Assembly: GCA_951406725.2 (NCBI GenBank)
Contig: OX597831.1
Span: forward strand, 77,066,001 to 77,130,000
Reading direction: 5' to 3'
Source of the DNA: Octopus vulgaris
Taxonomy: Eukaryota
DNA: 64,000 bases
Part shown: positions 44,585-57,062 of the stretch, piece by piece
Layout: each line of letters begins with the position of its first letter
Position numbering within the stretch: position 1 is the stretch's first letter
Program-made: the position numbers and the translations under genes
Notes under the pieces: generated by a model
What the model was told of the DNA's origin: nothing
Seen by the model: only the letters and a program-made list of their open reading frames with translations
Database searches by the model: none

Positions 44585-47105
44585 AGTATATGGCCAGGAC
44601 TGGATTTCATACTGTTATCAAGAATAGTGTACATTGCAAGAAATAGCAGCCAAAATCTCCCTTAGATAATCCCTGTACCATATTATGAAAATGAAGGACG
44701 CAATCCTAGACAGAAGAGAGTAGACATGATTGTATTTCATATAATCATCATGGATGGTGTACACTGCATAAACATAACTAAAAATAGCAGCTAAATCTCC
44801 CTTAAATCCCATTCCATCATCTTATGGAGAAAGAGGGTAGCAGCAAATCTCCCCCTCTTACTATGAAAAAGAAGGTCACAGTGGGAAACGTAGTCCTGAG
44901 TACTAAAGAGTGGTCATGGTTGGATTTCAAGCATATTCCATGGGCAGCATACATTGCATAAATACAAGAAATAACAGTTGGCTGCTTTCTCTAGCAGGCT
45001 TAGTAACCATGTGAGAGTAGTGACTCCTTACTGAGTTGATGATGGTGATGATAGCCACAGTGATGATGGTAACATACAAACTCAAGGGTGATAATGCTTC
45101 TGATGTTATTGATGGTGATGATGATGGTTTCAAATTTTGGCACAAGGCCAGCAATTTTGGGGAAGGGATTCAGCTGATTACATCGACCCCAGTACTCAAC
45201 TGGTACTTATTTTATTGACCCCGAAAGTACGAAAGACAAAGTTAACCTCACAGGAATTTGAACTCAGAATATAAAGACAGAAGAAATGCCGTCAAGCATT
45301 TTGTCCGGCGCCGTAACGCTTCTGCCAGCTTACTGTAGCAACAGCAATCATCATCATCATCATTTAACGTCCATTGTCCATGCTGGCATGGGATGGATGG
45401 TTTGACCAGGACTGGTAAGCAGAGGGGCTGCACCAGACCCCAGTCTGATCTGGCATGGTTTCTACAGCTCAGTGCCCTTCATAATGAGTGTAATGGGTGC
45501 TTTGAAGTGCCAGTTGTGTGACACCAGTATCTGTCACGACTATATTCTGACACGGTTTGATAGGTCTTATACTTTAAGCATGGCATATTGCCAAAGGTAA
45601 GGCCCAACACTTAAAAGGTGACTTTTACCTGCCACCGGCACGGGTGCTTGTTATGCGACACTGGCATTGACTACATTGCCTCCATGAGGCCCAACGCTTG
45701 ACAAGTGCTTCTTGCGTGTCACCGGCTTAGGTGTCAGTTAATAATGCTTTCTGCTAAAACCACAAGGCCTGACATTTGTAAGGAGATGGACTAGTCGATT
45801 ACATCGATCCCCAGTGTATCACTGGTACTTAATTTACTGACCCCAAAAGGATGAAAGGCAAAGTTGACCTTGGTGGGATTTGAACTCTGAAAATAGCAAC
45901 GGGTGAAATACTGCTAAGCATTTTGTCCAGCGTGCTAATGATTCTGCCAGCTGGCCACCTTTAATAATAATAATAATAATAATCCTTTCTACTATAGGCA
46001 CAAGGCCTGAAATTTCGAGGGAGGAGACTAGTCAATTACATTGACCCCCAGTGTTTCCCTGGTACTTAATTTATTGACCCCGAATGGATTAAAGGTAAGT
46101 TCAGCCTCAGTGGATTTTGAACTCAGAACTGGCAAAGTGCTGTTAAGCATTTTATTGAGCATGCTAACGATTTTGCCAGTTCGCTGCCTTTTTATAATAA
46201 TAATAATAATCCTTTCTGCTATTGGCACAAGGCCTGAAATTTGGTGAGAGGGTATAGTTGATTACATCGACTCCAATGTTTCATTGGTACTTAATTTATC
46301 AACCCCAAAAGAATGAAAGGCAAAGTAGACCTTGGCAGAATTTGAACCCAGAACGTAGCGACAGGTGAAATGCCATGAAGCATTTTGTACAGCATGCTAA
46401 CGATTCTTTTCTATTCTAAGTACAAAGCCCGAAATTTTTGGGGAGGGGGCCAGTCACTTAGATCGACCCAAGTACGCAACTGGTACTCACTTTATTGGCC
46501 CCGAAAGGATGAAAGGCAAAGCTGACCTCAGCGGAATTTGAACTCAGAATGTAAAGACATACGAAATACCACTAAGCATTTTGCCCGGCATGCTCACGTT
46601 TCTGCCAGCTTGCGGCCTTATTATTCCTTTCTACTCTAGGTACAAGGCCCCCAATTTTAATTTTTTTTTGGTGGGGGGAGCCAGTCGATTACATCGACCC
46701 CAGTGTTCAATTGGTACTTACTTTACTGACCCTGAAAGGATGAAAAGTAAATCCGACCTTGATGGAATTTGAACTCAGAACGTAACGGCAGATGAAATAC
46801 CTATTTCTTTACTACCCACAAGGGGCCAAACAAGGACAGACAAACGGATTAAGTCGATTACATCGACCCCAGTGCATAACTGGTACTTAATTTATCGACC
46901 CTGAAAGGATGAAAGGCAAAGTCGACTTCGGCGGAATTTGAACTCACAAACGTAACGACAGACGGAACACCACTAAGCATATCGCCTGGCGTGCTAACAA
47001 TTCTGCCAGCTTGCTGCCTTAATAATAATAATAAGAAGAAGAAGAAGAATAACAATAATAATAATAATAATAATCTTCATCATGTTAGTTACAGTAATTA
47101 CTCAC

Positions 47106-47249
47106 CTGATGCAAAAAGAATTCCAATTCGGAGAGGATGCTCTGAAGATCTTCCTTCTGGAGTACAGCATGATCCTTCAGCTGATCGTGTAAGATGGTGA
47201 CGATTTGTGCATCAGATTTTATAGATGATCTCAGCATCTCATAATCCCT
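47106..47249 (-). CDS. SIL1: SIL1 coding exon 5 (RDYEMLRSSIKSDAQIV...ILSELEFFLHQ)
   Basis: Conserved (T/S)D.QI and LE..(L/V)HQ motifs; AAG acceptor after a pyrimidine-rich tract; GTGAGT donor; 144 nt, phase 0. Confidence 0.88.
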
Positions 47250-47544
47250 CTTTAGTAATGGAAGGAAATAAAATAAATACATGGAACATTAGTGTTTGTG
47301 TTGTCATGGTGGACGTATCCTGAGGCACTCTCACTCAACATCCTACCACTCTCACTCAACGTCTTCTCTTTCACTTCAACTTCAGTGAGTAGGACTTTCA
47401 GTTACTCAGATTGAAAGATTCTCAAGAAGTCTCTCGTCCTTCTTCATTCCTTGAAGTTCATAATTTTCCAGTTCCTTGATTCATGGAATTCCATATGAGA
47501 CAAAGCAGTAACGAAATCGAGGTCTCAGCTCTTTATATATATAG

Positions 47545-47705
47545 GAAACCCAGGCCCCTACACCAAGGGGAGAAAGCCTTGCAAGCTGTGCATAGCTGAG
47601 CAGGCAAGGATATTAAAGTACTCCCTCAACCTGGGGGAACATCTTAAATTCCAGGAAGGAAGTCTTCAGTCCCTGCCAGCACTTCAGGAGATTCCTGCTG
47701 AAATC
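47545..47705 (+). mobile_element. Penelope-like element fragment (GIY-YIG C-terminus)
   Basis: PYTKGRKPCKLCIAEQARILK / LNSRKEVFSPCQHFRRFLL (one frameshift), matching the PLE pattern C..C...E..IL...LN.R.E....C.H. Confidence 0.7.
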
Positions 47706-48181
47706 TGATGGACTGGATTCCAGAGAGTGGTCCAAGGGAGAGAATTCCTTGCACTTAATCCTTTGTCTCTGTGTTCCGACAACCAGTGAGAAGGTCTTTT
47801 CTCTCTCCACTTTGAAGAGAGGTTGTAGGCCATTGGCCATTGTGGTCTGACAAGAGACTGAAAAGCTAAGTGCTTTACAGATGTGAAACCCTGGATAACC
47901 CCACAGACTGATCATAACTATGTCTATCATTGCCATTGGGGTTTTGTGGCTCGAAGCAAAGCAGGCCATGCTGTCCACTCTAGGAAACACTTAGTAAATG
48001 ATCTACAAGCACTCAAGCAAACTGAGTCCTCAACTTGTTCCATTTGCCTTAGATGGAGAGGAGAGGGGAGAGAGAGGGAGGGGGGAAAGAAAGATGGTGA
48101 AGATGCAATGGGGAGGGAGCAGGGGCCACACACACACAGAGGTGATGGAGGGTTTAAGTAGTTTGAAAACTTAGTGCTTAC

Positions 48182-48300
48182 CTTGCTACGGCTAACTTTC
48201 GTTGCGTGGTCTTGATCCATGCTCTTGTGTTGTTTGAACTGTTTCAAAGCTTGCTTCAGGTCTTCAGGACTTAAATCATTTTTGTTTTTGTACCTCATGC
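48182..48300 (-). CDS. SIL1: SIL1 coding exon 4 (G-MRYKNKNDLSPEDLKQALKQFK...SRSK)
   Basis: DLK.AL..FK motif; AAG acceptor, GTAAGC donor; phase 1 to phase 0. Confidence 0.87.
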
Positions 48301-49126
48301 CTTCAAAAACAATAAAATTAAGCAAAGAAAAAAAAAAGAATCAGTTTCCTGTTGATTAATGACCCACGGTAATCAGGTTTATTTCTTCTAGACAAATAGA
48401 ATCATCTAATCTTGTTAATGCTAGCTGCAACTGAAATTATGTGGTGCTGAGGCTGCTAGAAGTGGTTTCTCCTTGAGCAGATGGATAGATTAAAACAGCA
48501 AAATAAAGAGAACAAAACAGTTGGCATCACTCGAATAAACAGACTCTGGAAGAGACTCTATCTCTTTATATTCCCTATTTAAATTAAATGTTTTTTCAAG
48601 TGATGACAAATGCTTTTTCATATTTTTCTTCTAATCTATATACACATACATACATATATTTATGTATGTATATACAAATGTGTGTGTGTTGTCACTTAAC
48701 CTTCTAATAATATATTTCTTTATTGCCCACAAGGGGCTAAACATAGAGGGGGCAAACAAGGACAGACAAAGGGATTAAGTCGATTACATCGACCCCAGTG
48801 CGAAACTGGTACTTTATTTATCGATCCCGAAAGGATGAAAGGCGAATTTGAACTCGGAACGTAACGACAGACGAAATAATGAAAAGCATTTCGCCCGGCG
48901 CGCTAACGTGTCTGCCAGCTACATGATACAATCTTAAAAACAAGGAGGGCGCATTGAATAATGAACTCAAAGACGATCCATTTGTATTGAGAGGCAGGTT
49001 GATCATCTTTGATTGTAGGTCTGTTCAATCAGGGCCTGTTTTGAGTTAAACATCAAGCAAAAAAGTGCTAAGGCTGTACAAAAGGGTTAATTAAGGAAAA
49101 GAAATAAATAAATAAACCCTGTTTAC

Positions 49127-49249
49127 CTTCTCTGTTTTCAGATTTCCAGTATTCCAAATCTTCTGCTGACTGGCCTGGCATTAATTTCGCTTGTTTCTGA
49201 CCAGTCTGTAAGTCTAGTCGTACCTGTAGACCTGGAGGGATTGCTTGTC
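49127..49249 (-). CDS. SIL1: SIL1 coding exon 3 (G-QAIPPGLQVRLDLQTGQKQAKL...ENRE)
   Basis: Diagnostic SIL1 N-terminal motif GQ.IP.GL.VRL.LQTG...AKL; TAG acceptor, GTAAAC donor; 123 nt. Confidence 0.95.
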
Positions 49250-49450
49250 CTAGAAGCGATAGAGAAAGCAATTAAAAATAAACAATTACATATAGAAAGC
49301 ATCCACATCCACATCATCATCATCATTTAACATCTGTCTTCCATGATGGTTTCGGTTAGATGGTTTGACCGGAACTGACAAACCACAGCACAAACCTCCA
49401 CTGACATAAAACAACAACAACAACAACAACAATGTCAATGTAATATTCAC

Positions 49451-49537
49451 CTTCTTTAACTTCTTGCCACTCTTCAGATGGTTGGAATAAATCTAATTTC
49501 TTTTGTCCTTCGGAGTCAATTGTTATACTAACACCCT
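49451..49537 (-). CDS. SIL1: SIL1 coding exon 2 (E-GVSITIDSEGQKKLDLFQPSEEWQEVKE)
   Basis: SIL1 motif F.P..EWQ; CAG acceptor, GTGAAT donor; 87 nt, phase 1. Confidence 0.93.
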
Positions 49538-50391
49538 CTGTAAATAATAATAATAATAATGATGATGATGATGATGATGATGATAATAATAATAATAATA
49601 ATAATGATAATAATAATAATAATAACAATTGTCCATACCCTACGTAATATGCTGTCTCTGTAATCTCAAATTTTAAAACAAGCTCATAATTTTCTTGTGT
49701 TTTCTTAGACATTCTCTAAAACAATACTATGTACAAAAACCAAATATATGGCACAGTAGGCATAACAACAACATGAACTTCCAACTTGTTGTCTCTTGAG
49801 GTCTCTGGGTGAGACTTGGAGCCAACTTGTGCAAATGTAAAGCAAAAGTCAAACATATAATAATAATAATAATCATGATAATAGATCTTAACTGATTGGA
49901 AGTGTTATCATGTACATTGTTTTGTTATAAAAGATGGGCCACAGCAAATATTCTGCTCAATACCACAGATTTGCTTGTCAGTTGTTTGACCTTAACCAGT
50001 TGAGCATGTCCCTTAGTGGCTGACAATCTCTGATTTCAGGCAGAAGTAGTAGGGGAGCATCATAGCCGTGTGTTGAGAGGAAGTCTTTGGGGTTTGAATA
50101 ATTCTCCTTTGGAAACATGGGTATTTTGTTCAACATCCTTAAACAACCCTTATTCAGGGACCTTTTGAGTGAGATGGGCTACTCGACTTGAAGAAAATTC
50201 TAACTGGGCCCGTGCCCTGCAAGGGGACTAGAGCAATGTTGATATGAGATCACCATGTCGCGCACATATGGTTGTGATGCATGTGCCTTGTGTAGCCTTA
50301 TCAGATGGACAGTCATGATCGGTATACAGGGCTTCGTATATTTTACCCCAGTGTCACTTAAATGGCATGCACTGCTTTCTCACTCAATAAT

Positions 50392-51114
50392 AAAAAGTAC
50401 AGACAGTTAAAAGACGAAATTGCAAGAATGTGGCCTATGAGGGGTGTCTGTCATTCCTGTAGTTGCAGGGGCACTCAGAACACTAACAACCAAGTTTGAG
50501 AAATATGTCAAAGAAATCAGAATTGACATGAGAGCAGAGCAAGCCGCAAAAAACTGCTCTGTTGGGGACAGCTAGGATTTTGAGATTGGTGATTGAGTGT
50601 TGAATGTCTCCAAGGATAGGAGTGGCTGTGTGGTAAGTAGCTTGCTTACCAACCACATTGTTCCGGGTTCAGTCCCACTGCGTGGCACCTTGGGCTGACC
50701 AAAGCCTTGTGAGTGGGTTTGGTAGACAAAACTTAAAGAAGCCTGTCATATATGTGTGTGTGTGTGTGTGTGTGTATGTTTGTGTGTCTGTGATTGTCCC
50801 CCCCAACATTACCTGACAACCGATGCTGATGTGTATATGTTTCTGTAACTTAGCAGTTCGGCAAAAGAGTCCGACAGAATAAGTACTAGGCTTACAAAGA
50901 ATAAGTCCTGGGGTCGACTTGCTCGACTAAAGGCAGTACCCCAGCATGGCCACAGTCAAATGACTGAAACAAATAAAAGAAATAAAAGAAGAACCAAGAA
51001 TCAGAGCTTATAAAGTGCAGAAAGAGACCCTGTGAGACCCCTAACGGCCGATTGTTGTCTGCTCTCACAGAAGCTACTAGAACAAACAAGACTGCATGTT
51101 CTGAGAAGTAAAAC

Positions 51115-51147
<33 letters not shown>
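50392..51147 (+). mobile_element. R4/Dong-type LINE 3' end with (TAA)n tail, interrupted by SINE A (50617-50990)
   Basis: KKYRQLKDEIARMW..VIPVVAGAL...KTALLGTARILR.V (restriction-like endonuclease C-terminus); 3' UTR resumes after the SINE. Confidence 0.8.
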
Positions 51148-51151
<4 letters not shown>

Positions 51152-51239
51152 TCTATTAAAGGAACAAGGTCTGAAATTTTGTGGGGAGGTGAGGAGGCTA
51201 ATTGATTAGACTGACCCCCAATATGCAGCAGGTATTTTT

Positions 51240-51295
51240 TTTTATTGTTACTAGCCAACGTCACCCTAAGGTGACGTGGGCTAGTAACAATAAAA
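51240..51295. repeat. Isolated hairpin with about 26-bp stem and 4-nt loop
   Basis: TTTTATTGTTACTAGCCAACGTCACC-CTAA-GGTGACGTGGGCTAGTAACAATAAAA, one mismatch; followed by GCTAGT. Confidence 0.85.
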
Positions 51296-51782
51296 GCTAG
51301 TGGCACGTGAAACATTCGAGCGAGGTCTTTGCCAGTGCCGCTGGACTGGCTCCTGTGCAGGTGGCACGTAAAAAGCACCATTTGGGCGTGGCCGTTGCCA
51401 GTACCATGAAACTGGCTCTCGTGCCAGTGGCACGTAAAAGCACCCAGTATACTCTCGGAATGATTGGCATTAGGAAGGGCATCCAGCTGTAGAAACTCTG
51501 CCAGATCAGATTGGAGTCTGGTTCGCCAGACCTCAGTCAATTCGCCCAACCCACGCTAGCATGCAAAGCGGATGTTAAATGATGATGATGATGATCCCAA
51601 AAGGATGACAGACAGAGTCAACCTCAGCAGAGTTTGAACTCAGAAAGTAAAGACAGATGAAATACTGAAAATCTGTTGTATATATATATATCTATTTATA
51701 TAAATTTGTGAGGGTGTCTATGGGTCTGTCCCCCATCACTGCTTGATGAGCAAACAGAGAAATCATTTGTTAATTGACTCAC

Positions 51783-51996
51783 CACCATCTTCTGTATCCT
51801 TTTCGTTCCCAGCATTGGTACCAGTATCATCATCACCATCATCGTCAGTCTTGACAGCTGTCAATGCAGAAGCTGACGAAGACGGGGATGGTTCCTCCGC
51901 AGACACTTGGTGCCAGGAGTTGAGGAATAGCAGTGGTAGTGTCAGTAGCAGTAATAGAGAACAGGCAGACCTGAAGAGTGGTCGAACCATTTTCAT
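51783..51996 (-). CDS. SIL1: SIL1 coding exon 1 (signal peptide MKMVRPLFRSACSLLLLLTLPLLFLNSWHQVSA + acidic linker); exon spans 51783-52033
   Basis: ttttCAG acceptor at 52034-52035, ATG at 51996, hydrophobic signal peptide, phase-1 GTGAGT donor in frame with the next exon. Confidence 0.85.
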
Positions 51997-52203
51997 GGGT
52001 GTTGTGTCGCAGGCGTTAAAAATCAAATCAAATCTGAAAAAACAACAAACAGTACAGCAGTAATTAGCAAGAGTTTAACCATTTTGTAATTATCTTAATG
52101 AGCTGGTGTCAGGTTTCCCTCTTTTTTAACCCATTAGCATTCAGATTACTCTGTCAAATGTGATGCTTATATATTCACATTTGCTTTTATTTAATCATGA
52201 ACT

Positions 52204-53145
52204 TTACGTACATTATTTACATTTGACGGATAATTGACCTCTTCTTGTTTGTTGTTAACACAACGCTTCAGCTGATAAACCCTCCAGCCTTCATCAGGTG
52301 TCTTGGGGGAAATTTCCAACCTGGGTTCTTATTCCTAAGCTATTTTTTTATTATTATTCAGGTCACTGCCTGGAATAGAACTCTGGGTTTAGTAGCCCGC
52401 ACTCTTAACCACTATGCCATATGCCCATGGCAAAAGGGTGGAGCAATTGCAAAAAACAGCACTACTTGGAACCGCTTGAATACTCCGGAAGGTGCTTAAA
52501 AAGTAAGAGGTGCTACCTTAGTTCACTGGTAGTGAACAGCTGACACCGTAGTACATCTCCAGTGTTAGAAGCTGTGCAAAGGCGATGATGATGATGATGA
52601 TAACAACAACAACATCATAAAATACCTTAGGAATGAGAACCCAGGTTCGAAATTTCCCCAAGACACCTGAAGAAGGCTGGAGGGTATATCAGCCGAAACG
52701 TTGTGAAGACAAATATCTGTCAAATGTAAATTATGTACATAGGTGCAGTAGTGGCTGTGTGGTAAGTAGCTTGTTTACCAACCACATGGTTCCGGGTTCA
52801 GTCCCACTGTGTGGCACCTTGGGCAAGTGTCTTCTACTATAGCCTCAGGCCGACCAAAGCATTGTGAGTGGATTTGGTAGACGGAAACTGAAAAGAAGCC
52901 TGTCGTATATATGTATATATATATGTGCGTGTGTGTATGTTTGTGTGTTTGTCCCCCTAGCATTTCTTGACAACCGATGCTGGTGTGTTTATGTCCCCGT
53001 CACTTAGTGGTTCGGCAAAAGAGACCGATAGAATAAGTACTGGGCTTAGAGTTGCTCGATTAAAGGCGGTGCTCCAGCATGGCCGCAGTCAAATTACTGA
53101 AACAAGTAAAAGAGCAATTCCTCATCTCTTAAATATAGAATTGTA
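52204..53145. mobile_element. Fold-back tRNA-head / hammerhead-tail element, copy 2 (HHR motifs at 52257-52302 minus and 52662-52705 plus), with nested SINE A (52741-53114)
   Basis: Same arms as copy 1; tRNA-like head at 52359-52426 on minus (TGGCATAGTGG A box, GAGTTCTATTCC B box); flanking TAATCATGAACT (52192-52203) / TAATAATGAACT (53146-53157). Confidence 0.85.
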
Positions 53146-54855
53146 TAATAATGAACTATCTTATAGCTTTGAGATTTTGTTGATTTTTAGAGTGACATTG
53201 TCAGGTAGGTGTGAGAGGCAAGATCTGGCCAGTCTGAACATAGAACAGGCAGAAAATTTGGGCTGGATTTAGCAGGTTTAAATGTTAATGGTTTGGCCTT
53301 TTAATATTAAGAACATCCAGTCAAATGTATTGCTTATTTATTAAAATTGTTTTGAATTAAACATGCATTATCTCATTGCTTTGAAATGATGCGATTGTTT
53401 ATTGTTACAACGACATTGTAGGGTAGGTGCGAAAGGCTGGATCTGGCTAGTTTGAACATACAACAGATAGTATATTTGGGCCAAATATGGCCACTCTAAA
53501 TGCTGCAGAGTTAAACTTTTTTTTTTACTTCCAGGTCAATTCAAGTTGAGCAGAGCTATAATCATAAGTGATCCAGATATGACCACCCCAGTCTATCTCA
53601 GAGACATTACATATCTACGACACTATCTTCCCTCTACCTAGCTATTGATCTCATCAAAATTAAAATGAGATTTGGCTGCTATTTCTAGCGATCACTAAGA
53701 GGTTTCCTGGTTGTTTCATGGATTTCAAGTTGTGGTTGTTTGACCCCCAAATCAGATCACATTGAGAAGACCTGTGATCAGAATTGATCCAGATATGCAG
53801 ACGTGGTTGCATGGTGAAGACACTTTCTTCCCAATCAAGTGGTCCTGAGTTCAATCCCACTGCATGGTACCTTGGCCAAGTGTCTTCTTCAGCAGCCCTG
53901 GACAGACTAAAGCCCTAAGAAGGGATTTGGCAGATGGAGACTGAAAGAAGCCTGTCATATATTCATACATATATATGTATTATATATGTGAGTCATGGTG
54001 TTTATGTCCTCCATCATGGTTTGACAACCAGTGTTGCTTTGTTTATGGCCCCCATGACTTAGCAGTTCAGCAAAAGAAACTAATAGAATAAGTACCTGCC
54101 TTAAAGAAGCAACTATTAGTGGGTGTTATTCCATCTAAACCCTTCAAGAGGTTTTGTTCTAGCATGGCCACAATCCAGTGACTGAAACTAGTAAAACACA
54201 AATGACATTCCATCTTCTTCACAGACATTTACATATTTAGCAAAATGCTATCCAGTGTGTCCCCTAACCCAACGTTCTCAAGAAAGTTGGACCCGGCATG
54301 GTTTGAACAGAGAATATACAGCAGCATATAGAACTGAGCTTTGAAAATTATTTGAATTTTACTAAATCTGCTGCCTGTCTAACCCTGGCCCTCTCATACA
54401 AACTTCCCATCTTAAAGAGATCCAAATTAAAAACCGTCCATCAAAATTTCACCTGAAGTTCCAAACACCAGCTTAACACATAAAGCATGATGGTTGTTGG
54501 CCTTCAGGCACAGGTCGACAGGCCACGACCGTGGCCCAGATAGATGCATTTAATTTGTGGGCGTTTGTTGGGGTCTAATGTTACTCAAACGCTCCGATAC
54601 CCAACCCAGAGGACCAATAGTTCAACTAATGACTTTCCAGACGATGTAAAACTTGCCATCATTATATACTAAGTAGATATTTTAACTATTTTTTGCTTTT
54701 TATGTGTGCATGGTAGTCTCATTTTCCTAAAATCTGCTCAGCAGCCCCTGCTATGTAAGTTCAAATCCCAGTGCTTCAGGGGTCAGTAATAATAGTGAAG
54801 TTGTTTTCCTGAATGTTTTCGTTATTTTCAAAATTGATTGAAACTAAAAGAAGTC

Positions 54856-55069
54856 TTACTCTTTTACTTGTTTCAGTCATTTGACTGCGGCCATGCTGGA
54901 GCACCACCTTTAATCGAACAACTCGACCCTGAGACTTATTCTTTTGTAAGCCCAGTACTTATTCTATCGGTCTCTTTTGCTGAACCGCTAAGTAACGGGG
55001 ACATAAACACACCAGCATCGGTTGTCTAGCAATGCTAGGGGGACAAACATAGACACACCAACACACACA

Positions 55070-55117
<48 letters not shown>

Positions 55118-55282
55118 TACGACAGGGCTTCTTTCAGTTTCCGTCTACCAAATCCACTCACAAGGCTTTGGTCAGCCCAGGGCAATAGTAGAAGACACTT
55201 GCCCAAGGTGTCACGCAGTGGGACTGAACCCGGAACCATGTGGTTGGTAAACAAGCTACTTACCACACAGCCACTCCTGCGT
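54856..55282 (-). mobile_element. SINE family A, full length
   Basis: Matches the consensus on the minus strand; an older diverged + copy lies at about 53795-54200. Confidence 0.9.
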
Positions 55283-55843
55283 CTGTTCTAAAAGAAATAT
55301 GGTTTGGGTTAAAGTGATCTCAATTAAAAATATTCTACCAAAATTTTATATAAATTTATGTTGCAAACACCAGCTTAATACAACAAAAGTTATTCCACTA
55401 AAATTCTTCATTAATTTCAAAACTACTTGAAAGAGAAGTTTGGTAACAAAAGGGTTAAAGTGATCTAAATTGAAATCTTCCATCAAGTTTTTATGTTCAT
55501 TTATGTTCTAAATACCAGTTATCATTTTATTGAATTCTTCATTAATTTCAAAATGAGTAAGAAAAATAACCCTCTTTCAGCAGAATGATGGTAACGAACG
55601 GGTCGAATCGTTTCTAACATCAGAAGTGTCAAAAATGATAAGAAGTTCAAGAACATAATTATCACAGACACAGGAAGAACTACTGCATCTATAGCAGAAG
55701 ACTGAAGCAATATAAAACGGTTACGAATTTAGGAACGTTTACTGTGAGTAGGTTAGACGAAATTAATATCAGTACATGGTTCGTATTTCAATTTATCGAC
55801 CCCCGGAAGACTGAAAGAGTTAGGGTTAGGGTAAAGTCTTGAG

Positions 55844-56178
55844 CTGTGGTTCTCAACCGGCGTGCAAATAAGATTTTGTGGGGTCCATGCAACGAAATAG
55901 TAGATTGGGGATCAACAATAATATTTTAAGGGTTCTTGAAAAAGTTTTGGTTTAGATGTATGTATTGGCGCGCATGGCAAGAAACTGCTGGGTTCCTTTC
56001 TCTAACATTTTACACAGTTCAACCTACACAAGTTAATGTGTGAAAAACAAAACAGGAATTTTGAAAGAAGTTTCTATAAAACTAGTTTATAAACATCGAA
56101 TGGTTTTAGTGGAGTCCACCAGAATAAAATAGCAATCAAAGGGATCCATAGATAAAAAAAAATGGTTGAGAACCCCTG
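55844..56178. mobile_element. hAT (Charlie-like) MITE
   Basis: TIRs CTGTGGTTCTCAACC / GGTTGAGAACCCCTG; 8-bp flanks only partly match. Confidence 0.7.
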
Positions 56179-56999
56179 CTTTAGAGAATCTGAATTCCTA
56201 AACTTTAAAGTAGTTAAGTCATTCACCTTGTATAATGAAAGGTATGGGAATAGTTTAACTCTTTCACATTCACGCAATGTTTCCAATTAAAATAAAAAGA
56301 CGAAGTTCAAAGTCACTCTAAGAACAGGTACTGTTTGAGCGATTCACGGTTAATGAGTAATAAGTTTATTGTCGGTACAACCCTCGGCTATATTTGGCTT
56401 GTAGCTGAAGTTTATAAATATATATATTATTATATACCTTGTTCCTTATGTATTCACAATTAAAGTAAAAAAATTAAGGGTACATTTTTAACGATTTCGT
56501 TATTTTATACACATTTCATAATTTTGATAACAAGAGCGAAACTGAATTGCCTCGTATATACATCCGTTTATATACGCGCGCGTGTGTGTGTATAAGACGT
56601 ACATTAATTTATAAACATACATATATTCATTTATATACATAATTTACACACACCTACATACTGAATTATGTATTGTATACATATTTACACAACTATATAT
56701 ATATTCGAAATATACACGCACACATACATACTACGTTTACATGTATATAATGATTTATACATATACACGCTATACATACACTAATATTTATACACATAGG
56801 CATATATATATGTGTATTGCAATTGAACATGTAAAGATGTAAAGTATGAGTTACAATAAGAAAAACATAATCCTTGTTGTAAAAGTAATAATCACAGAAA
56901 AGTTCGGAAGACAAAATTAAAACAGAAATCTTTACATAAACATACACACATACCTTTACATACAAAGTTACTGTGTAAAAGAGTTGAAAAATATTTTAC

Positions 57000-57062
57000 C
57001 TGGTGTTGTTTACAAACTGACGATGTTGTAATTAGCTTGCGTAATATCGTTCACTCCGGCAA
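57000..57062 (-). other. SIL1: Candidate non-coding first exon of SIL1 (5' end approximate)
   Basis: Minus-strand CAG|GTAAAA donor at 57000/56999 in CpG-retaining unique sequence; the ATG exon starts with an acceptor, so an upstream exon is required. Confidence 0.45.

Noticed and set aside
51997-52026. ORF-track start MIFNACDTTP for SIL1
   Set aside because: It begins at a non-ATG codon; the first ATG in the exon is at 51996.
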